Source: an uncultured Verrucomicrobiae bacterium (GTDB taxonomy: Bacteria; Verrucomicrobiota; Verrucomicrobiia; Chthoniobacterales; UBA10450). Taken from it: a stretch of 64,000 bases of DNA. The notes under the pieces are model-generated. The model was not told where the DNA came from. It saw only the letters and a program-made list of their open reading frames with translations, and made no database searches. Of this stretch, positions 47,315 through 56,079 are shown piece after piece. Positions within the stretch are counted from its first letter, which is position 1. Each line of letters begins with the position of its first letter. The translations under genes were made by a program, and so were the position numbers. The stretch covers positions 128,001 through 192,000 of the forward strand of contig CAWDGJ010000003.1 of the NCBI GenBank assembly GCA_963801815.1, given 5' to 3'.

Positions 47315-50300
47315 ATGCGTTCTTTAAAATTTTTCGGAGCAATTGTGTTTTGTGGTTCGGCATTCGCGCAACCACCGGCTTTGGCGCCGTTTAATTCGGC
47401 GACAATCTCCGGTCTCGGCGCACGCAATATTGGTTCGGCGGCGATGAGCGGTCGCATCTCGGCAATCGCCGGCACGCGTGAGCCGTCCGGCAAGGTCACG
47501 TTGTTTGTTGGCGCGGCCAGCGGCGGTGTTTGGAAATCGGACGACCAGGGAACTCGTTACCGTCCGGTATTCGACGAACAAGCGGTTCAATCGATCGGTG
47601 CAATCGCGCTCGATCCGAAAAATTCGAAGAACGTCTGGGTTGGAACGGGCGAATCGTGGACGCGCAATAGCGTGTCGATTGGCGACGGCATTTACAAATC
47701 GACCGACGGAGGCGAAACCTGGACGCACGCCGGTTTGAACAAATCGGAACGCATTTCGCGGATTCGTGTTAGTCCGAACAACAGCGACACGGTTTACGTT
47801 GCTGTGCCGGGCGCGTTATGGAGTGATTCTCCGGACCGCGGTCTCTATCGAACGACCGATGGCGGGAAGACCTGGACTCTGATTCTCAAGGGCGCAAATC
47901 CTTCGACCGGTTGCACCGATATCGCGATCGATCCGGCAAATCCGGAGACACTGTTCGCGTGCATGTGGGATTTCCGGCGGAAAGGCTGGGAATATCGTTC
48001 GGGTGGCGACGGTCCTGACAAACCTTCGGCAAGCGGATTGTTTCGCTCAAACGATGGCGGCAACACTTGGACGGAGATTACGCCGGACAAGAACAAAGGT
48101 TTTCCGAAGAAACCGTACGGGCGGCTTGCGGTGGCAATCGCGCCCTCGAACGCGAAGCGGATTTATTGTTTCGTCGAATCTCCGAACAGCGCGTTGTTTG
48201 TTTCCGATGACGGCGGCGCGACCTGGCAGGAGCGGGACAAAAGCCAGTGGATGGTCTGGCGTCCGTTTTATTTCGCGAACCTCATTGTCGATCCAAAGAA
48301 TCCAGATCGCGTGTTCAAAACTGACGGCGCGCTGATCATGAGCGATGACGGCGGCAAAAGTTTCGCGACGGTCGGCGGTTTCCAAGGCGCGCACGGCGAC
48401 GTGCACGATGTCTGGATCGACGAGACCAATCCGCAAACCGTCTTTAGCGGAGACGACGGCGGGATGTGGTACTCCTACAACGGCGGGAGCAAATGGTGGA
48501 AGGCGGACAACTTACCCGTGTCGCAATTCTATCACGTCAGCGTCGACGATGCCGATCCGTTTCGAGTCTATGGCGGATTGCAGGACAACGCAGCCTGGGT
48601 CGCGCCGTCCGAATATCCCGGAGGCATTACCAATCATCAGTGGGAAAACATGTACAACGGCGACGGCTTCTGGATGTTTCCCGATCCGGCCGATCCCGAT
48701 TACATCTATGCCGAATATCAGGGCGGCCAGATTGGACGGGTGAATCGCTACACTCACGAAGCGCGCGACATTCAGCCGACGCCTAATTATAAGGAAAAGC
48801 TGCGCTTCAACTGGAATACGCCAATCGCGCTTTCGCCTAACGAGAAAGGAACGATCTACATCGGCGCGCAGTTTCTATTTCGCTCCCGCGATCATGGCCA
48901 GACTTGGGAACGGATTTCCCCCGATCTGACCACAAACGATCCCCAAAAACAAAAGCAGGAACAGTCCGGCGGCGTGACGGTCGACAATTCGTCAGCCGAA
49001 ATGCACACCACTATTTATTCGATCAGCGAATCGCCCAAGGACAAGAACCTGATTTGGGTTGGAACCGATGACGGAAATGTTCAGATAACGCGCGACGGCG
49101 GAAAAACCTGGAGCAACGTGGTCGGCAACGTTCCCAGTTTGCCGAAGAACTCGTGGGTCAGTTGGGTCCAGGCGAGCAACTTCGACGCGGGCACAGCTTA
49201 CGCCGCATTTGATCGACACACGTTCGGCGACATGGCGCCATACGTTTTCAAAACGACCGACTATGGCAAGACGTGGACACCGTTAGTCACTCCGCAGAGC
49301 GCGAAAACCGTTCGCGGTTATGCCTGGGTAATCAAGGAAGACGTCGTCAAATCCGATCTGTTGTTTCTCGGCACCGAGTTTGGACTTTGGGTTTCGATCG
49401 ACGGCGGAAAAAACTGGGCGCAATTCAAGGGCAACCATTTTCCAGCGGTTGCGGTGCGTGACCTCGCGATTCAACCACGGGACAACGATTTGGTTCTCGC
49501 GACGCATGGTCGCGGCATTTGGATCATCGACGACATCACGCCCTGGCGCGCGTTGACCCCGGAGATTCTGTCCCAGGAAGTCGCCTTCGTTTCGGCGCGG
49601 CCAGTGCAGGAACGAATCCAGGGCAACGGCGGCTGGGCCAACGGCGCCGCGATGTTCGTCGGCGACAATCCGCCTGACGCCGCGGTGATCAATTATTATC
49701 AACGCGAGCGTCATCTTTACGGGAAATTGAAAATCGAAATACTCGATTCCACGGGTCGCGTCCTGGATGAAATTCCGGCGAGCAAACGGCCCGGATTGAA
49801 TCGCGTGATGTGGAGCATGCGTGAAAAACCGCCGCGCGTTCCGCCGGCCGCGCAAATCGCTTTTGCCGGTGCGAACGGCGTTCGATTCGCGCCCGGCGAA
49901 TACACTGTTCGTCTGACGAAGAACGGAAAGAGTTACGAGACGAAGTTTACCATGGGTCTCGATCGACGAGCAAAATTCACCGACGCGGATAAAAAAGCGC
50001 AGTTCGATGCGGCGATGAAAGTGCGCGCGTTATTCGACGACGAAAGCGCGTTGATGGACCGGATTTTGTTTTTACGGCAACAGGTCGCGCCAATGGCCAA
50101 GGCATTGCCCGAGACCGATCCGCTTCATAAGGCGGTGAAGGATTTCGACGGGAAGATTGAAGCGGTCCGGAAGAAAATAGTCGCTACCACAGAAGGCGGC
50201 GCGATTACCGGCGAAGAACGGATTCGCGAGCACACCGACCAACTGTACGGCGCGCTTTTGAGCTACGAGGGCAAGCCGGGCGATTACCATCTCGCTTACA

Positions 50301-50545
50301 TCGACACGCTGAGGCGGGAGTTGGACGACGTGACCAAAGATTTCGAGCAGCTCCTGGCCAAGGATTTGCCGGCGTTGAACCAGACCCTCAAGGGCAAAGG
50401 CAAAGAAGAGGTCAAATCGCCGCCGGCGAAAATTGCCGTGAATGAGGAAACGTCGGTTTCTGGCGGAAATTTCACGGGATCAAACGATCCGGACGAAGCC
50501 GCCGGAGCGACGATGTTGCCGACGAATTTACGGTTGCTGCACTAA
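47315..50545 (+). CDS. Secreted VPS10/BNR (Asp-box) beta-propeller glycosyl-hydrolase-like protein
   Basis: Many S/T.DGG.TW Asp-boxes, SGRI, GGLQDN, THGRG.WI.DD. Confidence 0.88.
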   Translation: MRSLKFFGAIVFCGSAFAQPPALAPFNSATISGLGARNIGSAAMSGRISAIAGTREPSGKVTLFVGAASGGVWKSDDQGTRYRPVFDEQAVQSIGAIALDPKNSKNVWVGTGESWTRNSVSIGDGIYKSTDGGETWTHAGLNKSERISRIRVSPNNSDTVYVAVPGALWSDSPDRGLYRTTDGGKTWTLILKGANPSTGCTDIAIDPANPETLFACMWDFRRKGWEYRSGGDGPDKPSASGLFRSNDGGNTWTEITPDKNKGFPKKPYGRLAVAIAPSNAKRIYCFVESPNSALFVSDDGGATWQERDKSQWMVWRPFYFANLIVDPKNPDRVFKTDGALIMSDDGGKSFATVGGFQGAHGDVHDVWIDETNPQTVFSGDDGGMWYSYNGGSKWWKADNLPVSQFYHVSVDDADPFRVYGGLQDNAAWVAPSEYPGGITNHQWENMYNGDGFWMFPDPADPDYIYAEYQGGQIGRVNRYTHEARDIQPTPNYKEKLRFNWNTPIALSPNEKGTIYIGAQFLFRSRDHGQTWERISPDLTTNDPQKQKQEQSGGVTVDNSSAEMHTTIYSISESPKDKNLIWVGTDDGNVQITRDGGKTWSNVVGNVPSLPKNSWVSWVQASNFDAGTAYAAFDRHTFGDMAPYVFKTTDYGKTWTPLVTPQSAKTVRGYAWVIKEDVVKSDLLFLGTEFGLWVSIDGGKNWAQFKGNHFPAVAVRDLAIQPRDNDLVLATHGRGIWIIDDITPWRALTPEILSQEVAFVSARPVQERIQGNGGWANGAAMFVGDNPPDAAVINYYQRERHLYGKLKIEILDSTGRVLDEIPASKRPGLNRVMWSMREKPPRVPPAAQIAFAGANGVRFAPGEYTVRLTKNGKSYETKFTMGLDRRAKFTDADKKAQFDAAMKVRALFDDESALMDRILFLRQQVAPMAKALPETDPLHKAVKDFDGKIEAVRKKIVATTEGGAITGEERIREHTDQLYGALLSYEGKPGDYHLAYIDTLRRELDDVTKDFEQLLAKDLPALNQTLKGKGKEEVKSPPAKIAVNEETSVSGGNFTGSNDPDEAAGATMLPTNLRLLH

Positions 50546-50600
50546 CGCTGCGTTCGTCCAACATTGACACGGCGGTAGATTCGCGGTTCAGAGTTAGCTC

Positions 50601-51947
50601 GTGAGCCGCGTTTTAATTGCCGATGACCAGCGCGATGTGCTGGAAGCGCTGCGGATTTTGCTCAAAGGCGAGGGATACCAGACCGACGCGGTCACGTCGA
50701 TCGGCGGAATTTTCAACGCGCTTCAACAACGCGATTACGCGTTGTTGATGATGGACCTCAATTACACGCGCGACACGACTTCGGGCCAGGAAGGCCTCGA
50801 AGTCATCCCGCGAATCCAGGCGCTCGACAGCACGCTGCCGATCGTGGTGATGACGGCGTGGGCGACGATCGATCTCGCGGTCGAAGCGATGAAGCGCGGC
50901 GCGCGCGATTTCGTTCCGAAACCGTGGGACAACGAGCGGCTGCTCACCATTGTGCGGACGCAGATCGAGCTCGGTAGCGCGCTGCGAAAAGGCCGGAAGC
51001 TCGAGGCGGCGAACAAACTACTTGGCGGCAACGTTCCAAACCTGATTGCGGACGCGCCGTCCATGCGGCCGGTGATCGAAATGATTCAGCGCGTCGCGCC
51101 GTCGGACGCGAACGTGCTGATCACCGGCGAGAACGGGACGGGCAAAAGTCTCATTGCGCAAGCGTTGCATGCACTCTCGCCGCGCGCGTCGCACAGCATG
51201 ATCACGGTCAACATGGGCGGTTTGTCGGAAACGCTGTTCGAGAGCGAACTGTTCGGTCACGTCAAAGGCGCGTTCACCGACGCGAAGACCGATCGCGCGG
51301 GCCGGTTCGAGCTGGCAGACGAAAGCACGCTGTTCATGGACGAGATCGCGAATATTCCGCTCAATCAGCAGGCGAAACTGTTGCGGGTGATCGAGACCGG
51401 CGAGTTCGAGCGGGTCGGATCATCGAAAACCTTGCATGCGAATGTGCGAATCATTTCCGCGACGAACGCGAACCTTGCGGATGAAGTTGCGGCCGGACGC
51501 TTTCGGCAGGACCTGCTGTTTCGGTTGAACACGATCGAGATCGCACTTCCGCCATTGCGCGATCGGCGCGAAGACATCATGCCGCTGGCAAATAATTTTC
51601 TGCGGCTGCATGCGCAGCGTTATCGCAAGGAGCTCGGCGGATTCGATGAGACCGCGCGCGATCGATTGATGCAGCATTCGTATCCCGGAAATGTGCGCGA
51701 GCTGGATCACGTGATCGAGCGGGCGGTGTTGATGGCGCGCGGTTCGCAGATCAAGGCGACCGATCTTGGCCTAACGACTGCTAGCGGTGAATCAAAAAGC
51801 CTGGAGGACATGAGTCTTGAAGAAGTCGAAGCGTTCTTGATCAAGAAAGCGCTGGCTCGAAACAATGGGAATGCGCGCAAAGCGGCCGAATCGCTGGGTC
51901 TGAGTCGGAGCGCGTTCTACCGGCGGTTGCAGCAATATGGACTCTGA
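50601..51947 (+). CDS. sigma54-dependent response regulator (NtrC/AtoC family)
   Basis: Receiver (ADD, D, KPW), GENGTGKS, GAFTDA loop, FRQDLLFRLN, PGNVREL, Fis HTH. Confidence 0.95.
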   Translation: MSRVLIADDQRDVLEALRILLKGEGYQTDAVTSIGGIFNALQQRDYALLMMDLNYTRDTTSGQEGLEVIPRIQALDSTLPIVVMTAWATIDLAVEAMKRGARDFVPKPWDNERLLTIVRTQIELGSALRKGRKLEAANKLLGGNVPNLIADAPSMRPVIEMIQRVAPSDANVLITGENGTGKSLIAQALHALSPRASHSMITVNMGGLSETLFESELFGHVKGAFTDAKTDRAGRFELADESTLFMDEIANIPLNQQAKLLRVIETGEFERVGSSKTLHANVRIISATNANLADEVAAGRFRQDLLFRLNTIEIALPPLRDRREDIMPLANNFLRLHAQRYRKELGGFDETARDRLMQHSYPGNVRELDHVIERAVLMARGSQIKATDLGLTTASGESKSLEDMSLEEVEAFLIKKALARNNGNARKAAESLGLSRSAFYRRLQQYGL

Positions 51948-51951
51948 AATC

Positions 51952-51985
51952 AATTTCGAATTTCGAATTTCGAATTTCGAATTTT
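51952..51985. repeat. Heptamer tandem repeat (AATTTCG) x4
   Basis: aatttcgaatttcgaatttcgaatttcgaatttt. Confidence 0.85.
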
Positions 51986-51992
51986 CTTCTTG

Positions 51993-53330
51993 ATGAAGCG
52001 CGGACCGAAAGATCGGTATCGGTTTTCGCATCAGGGCAAATTGACCTGGCTGATCCTCGGCGCGGTCGCGCCGTCGATCATCATCCTGATGTCGATCCTC
52101 TGGTTCGGCGATTACAGCGCCAAAGTTCAATGGACGATCACGCTATTAATCACCGCATTTGGTGCGGCATTCATTTCGACCGCGCGCGACCACGTGATCC
52201 ATCCACTGCAAACCATGAGCAATCTGCTCGCGGCGTTGCGAGAAGGGGATTATTCGATCCGCGCCCGCGGGGCCCGCGCGGATGACGCGCTCGGCGAAGT
52301 GTTGCTTGAAGTGAATACGCTCGGCGAAACGTTGCGCGTGCAACGCCTTGGCGCGTTCGAGGCCACCGCACTTCTGCGCACGATCATGGCCGAGATCGAC
52401 GTTTCAGTTTTCACCTTCGATCCGGACCGGCGCCTGCGCCTGGTAAATCGCGCCGGCGAAGATTCTGCTCGGGCAGCCGATCGACAAACTGCTGGGGCGC
52501 AGCGCGCGATTCACTTGGTTTGGGGCCGTGCTTCGATGTCGATCAGGATGAGCCGCTCAGTCTGTCTTTTCCCGGCGGATCGGGCCGATGGCGTGTCGGT
52601 CGCAGCACGTTTCGCGAGCGTGGTCTGCCGCACGAGCTTGTCGTGCTGACTGATTTGAGCCGCACCCTGCGCGAAGAAGAACGGCGCGCCTGGCAACGAA
52701 TCGTTCGAGTGCTCGGTCACGAAATGAACAATTCACTCGCGCCGATCAAATCGCTGGCCGGCAGTCTGGAAACTCTGTTGCACCGCGAACCGATGCCGCC
52801 GGATTGGAAGGAGGACGCGCGAGAGCGGATTGAAATCGATCGCGTCGCGCGCGGATTCACTGAGTCGATTCATGCAGGCTTACACGCGGCTGGCGAAACT
52901 TCCGCCGCCGCAAATGGAGGACGTCGAGCTCGGCGAGCTGGTTCAGCGAGTCGTGAATTTGGAGCCGCGACTCAAGGTGAACATCGTTGCCGGCCCGAAG
53001 TTGCAGATCAAGGCGGATGCCGCGCAAATCGAACAAGTCCTGATCAATCTCGTGCACAATGCAGTCGATGCTGCGCTCGAGACGCGTGGGAATGTCTTCA
53101 TTCGGTGGCTCGACGCCGGTGATTTCGTCGAGGTAATCGTGAAGGACGAGGGACCGGGAATTATGAACCCTACGAATCTTTTCGTTCCGTTTTTCACCAC
53201 GAAGCCGGAGGGATCCGGCATCGGTTTGACCTTGAGCCGGCAAATCGCTGAAGCACACGACGGCACATTGAGTTTGAGTAATCGTAACGATCGCGCTGGC
53301 GCGGAAGCGGTGCTGCGCCTTCCAAAATAA
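51993..53330 (+). CDS. Sensor histidine kinase (2 TM, PAS, HisKA, HATPase) split by three +1 frameshifts near 52461, 52507 and 52823
   Basis: Fragments join into one kinase: LGHEMNNSLAPI, INLVHNA, DEGPG, FFTTK..GSGIGL. Confidence 0.85.
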
Positions 53331-53415
53331 GTTTTAATCAGGAAACCAGGGAACCAGGAATCTTTTCAGGGGATTCCCGCGCCACGGCAATCGATTCGGC
53401 GGTTTACAAGTTCTG

Positions 53416-53443
53416 GTCACTTGTCACATGTCACGCGTCACTT
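53416..53443. repeat. Heptamer tandem repeat (GTCACNN) x4
   Basis: gtcactt gtcacat gtcacgc gtcactt. Confidence 0.7.
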
Positions 53444-53446
53444 TTT

Positions 53447-53578
53447 TGTCCCACTTTCGGGACAGCATTGTCCCATGAGCGAATCACTTCGCGATGGGTC
53501 AGAAAATCTTCGAGAAATTTTAACCCATGATCATCAACGACTTACAACTTTGTTCCGGCCCGTGGCACGGGCGTTGCA
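53447..53578 (+). promoter_or_regulatory. sigma54 promoter with tandem palindromic enhancers and IHF-like box
   Basis: TGTCCCACTTTCGGGACA (53447), TGTCCCATGAGCGAATCA (53469), CATCAACGACTTA (53532), consensus TGGCACGGGCGTTGCA (53563-53578). Confidence 0.85.
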
Positions 53579-53662
53579 ATAGGGCACTGCTGAAATGAAA
53601 AAACTTTTGAATCCAGTGAGCGGTCGAAGTGCTTCTCACTAGTGACGAAAGGGAAGGAAATT

Positions 53663-53938
53663 ATGAAGCCAACCAACAACCCAACCAAGAACGTGCGGAA
53701 ATTCCCGTTCGTTGATTATGACTACCAAGCATCGAGCCTGGAAAATTTGACCGGCCGTTGCACGAAGCTGTCGAATTCGTTTCGCGACATCAGCCGCGAT
53801 TACTTCGAAACCGAAGAGAACAAGGATTTTTTGAGTAACGCTGGGATTTTCGCCGCGCTGATCGGTTCTGCCCTGATTCCGATTGCCGCGAGTGCATCAG
53901 CGATGATCCAGCTCGTTCGCACGTTGCCGCTGTTTTAA
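53663..53938 (+). CDS. Small C-terminally anchored protein, MKP/SRDYF family copy C
   Basis: RBS AAGGAA; MKPT...FPFVDYDYQ...SFRDISRDYFETE..KDFL plus TM. Confidence 0.78.
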   Translation: MKPTNNPTKNVRKFPFVDYDYQASSLENLTGRCTKLSNSFRDISRDYFETEENKDFLSNAGIFAALIGSALIPIAASASAMIQLVRTLPLF

Positions 53939-54023
53939 TCACGCCGTGACTACCCCACAGGCAAAACCAGACGACGATCACACAATCGTGAGGCCGAGCG
54001 GGTTTACGTCGAGCCTTTCATCG

Positions 54024-55277
54024 ATGGACGTACCACGTAAAGGGATCGCCGCGAAAAAGCGGAAACGCCGCATTCTGATTATTGTCGCGAGCGCAGTCGG
54101 TTTAATTCTGGCAACGATCGCTTTGTCGCGACTGAAACCAGCCGCGCCGAGCGTGGATCGCTCGAGCGTATGGATTGACACGGTGAAGCGTGGCCCAATG
54201 GTGCGACAAGTTCGCGGCCTGGGCACCCTGGTTCCGGAAGAATTTCGTTGGTTGCCCGCAACAACGGAAGCCAGCGTCGAGAAGATTTTGATCTGGCCGG
54301 GAACAAAAGTCGAACCGGGTGACGTTATACTGGAGTTGACCAGTCCGGAGCTAGAACAGAGCGCACAAGAGGCAGTGTCGAAGGCGAAGGCCGCGGAAGC
54401 GGACTTTGCTTCAGAACGCGCAACCTTGCAGCGCGAGTTACTCGACCAGGAATCGAAAGCAACGACAGCTCATTCGGCTTACGAGCAGGCGAAGATGGAG
54501 CGCCAGACGAACGATCAGTTGGCCAAGAACGGCCTGGTGGCAGACCTCGTCTACAAAACTTCGAAGATCAAAGAGGAGGAATGTCAGAAGACCGATGACA
54601 TCGAGCAGAAGCGATTGAACTTCGAGCGCGATTCGATTGAGCCACAACTCGCATCGAAACAACAAGCTGTTGATCAAGCAAACCAGCTGGCCAAATTAAA
54701 ACTCGACCAGGTCGAAGGCTTGCACGTGAAAGCCGGGATGTCCGGTGTGTTGCAAGCGTTGCCGGTGCAGGTCGGCCAGCGCCTGAAACCGGGCGACAAT
54801 CTCGCGCGGGTTGCCGATCCAACGAAACTCAAAGCGCAGGTTAAAATTGCGGAGACCCAGGCCAAGGACATTCAGCCGGGCGAGCAGGCGACGATCGATA
54901 CCCGCAACGGCGTCGTGAAAGGTCACGTTAAGCGAGTCGATCCGGCGGTGGATCAGGGAACTGTTACCGTGGACGTGGCATTCGACGAAGAGTTGCCAAA
55001 AGGCGCGCGACCGGACCTCAGCGTCGATGGAACGATCGAGCTCGAGCGACTTGATAATGTTGTCTTTGTCGGCCGGCCGGCGTTTGGCCAGGAAAACAAC
55101 ACTGTCGGCATGTTTAAGCTCGTTCCCGGTAGCGGCGATGCAATTCGCACGCCGGTGAAACTGGGCAAGAGCTCCGTGAACACGATTGAAATCCTTAGCG
55201 GCCTCGAACCTGGCGATCAGGTGATTCTCTCCGACACCAGCGCGTGGGATTCCCACGAACGAATCCGACTGAACTAA
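54024..55277 (+). CDS. MacA/HlyD-type periplasmic adaptor (membrane fusion protein)
   Basis: MDVPR, basic N-terminus plus TM, TVKRG....VRG.GTLVPE, coiled coil, ARPDLSVDG.I, GL.PGD.VI. Confidence 0.9.
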   Translation: MDVPRKGIAAKKRKRRILIIVASAVGLILATIALSRLKPAAPSVDRSSVWIDTVKRGPMVRQVRGLGTLVPEEFRWLPATTEASVEKILIWPGTKVEPGDVILELTSPELEQSAQEAVSKAKAAEADFASERATLQRELLDQESKATTAHSAYEQAKMERQTNDQLAKNGLVADLVYKTSKIKEEECQKTDDIEQKRLNFERDSIEPQLASKQQAVDQANQLAKLKLDQVEGLHVKAGMSGVLQALPVQVGQRLKPGDNLARVADPTKLKAQVKIAETQAKDIQPGEQATIDTRNGVVKGHVKRVDPAVDQGTVTVDVAFDEELPKGARPDLSVDGTIELERLDNVVFVGRPAFGQENNTVGMFKLVPGSGDAIRTPVKLGKSSVNTIEILSGLEPGDQVILSDTSAWDSHERIRLN

Positions 55278-55307
55278 TCTCAGTAATCCGAAATCAGAAA
55301 CCCAACC

Positions 55308-56048
55308 ATGACATCAACCCAAGTTAATCCTCACAAATCAACTTCCGGTGGAAACGGCACGACCCCGTTGATCCGGCTCAACTCGGTCACCAAAGTGTTT
55401 CTCACCGACGAGGTGGAGACGCATGCGCTTTCCGGGATTCATCTCGATATTCGCGATGGCGAATACATTTCGATCGCCGGACCGTCGGGCTGCGGTAAAT
55501 CGACGTTGTTGTCGATCCTCGGCCTGCTCGATACTCCGTCGGACGGAAGTTACGCGCTCAAAGGCCATGAAGTCGCGAATCTTTCGTTCGCCGACCGCGC
55601 ACGAATTCGGAACCGCGAGATTGGCTTCATTTTCCAAAGCTTCAACCTGATCGGCGATCTGACCGTTTTCGAAAACGTCGAGCTGCCGCTGACTTATCGG
55701 GGAATGAACTCGAGCGACCGGAAAACTTTGGTCACCCAGGCGCTCGATCGCGTCGGCATGGCGCATCGCGCGAAACATCTGCCGAGTCAGCTCTCGGGTG
55801 GTCAACAGCAACGCGTCGCGGTTGCCCGCGCGCTTGCCGGCAAACCCGCGATTTTGCTCGCGGACGAGCCGACCGGAAACCTCGATTCTCGGAACGGCGA
55901 AGCGGTGATGAATCTGCTCAAGGAACTGCACGCCGGCGGCGCGACCATCTGCATGGTGACGCACGACGAACGGTTTGCGCAGCATGCCGATCGCACCGTG
56001 CACCTGTTCGACGGCCGGGTTGTCGAAGACAGCCGGGTCGCGGCCTAA
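55308..56048 (+). CDS. ABC transporter ATP-binding protein (MacB/LolD type)
   Basis: [35 protein letters not shown]. Confidence 0.95.
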   Translation: MTSTQVNPHKSTSGGNGTTPLIRLNSVTKVFLTDEVETHALSGIHLDIRDGEYISIAGPSGCGKSTLLSILGLLDTPSDGSYALKGHEVANLSFADRARIRNREIGFIFQSFNLIGDLTVFENVELPLTYRGMNSSDRKTLVTQALDRVGMAHRAKHLPSQLSGGQQQRVAVARALAGKPAILLADEPTGNLDSRNGEAVMNLLKELHAGGATICMVTHDERFAQHADRTVHLFDGRVVEDSRVAA

Positions 56049-56079
56049 CGAAATGTAAAATCGACAACTACCAGCGATT

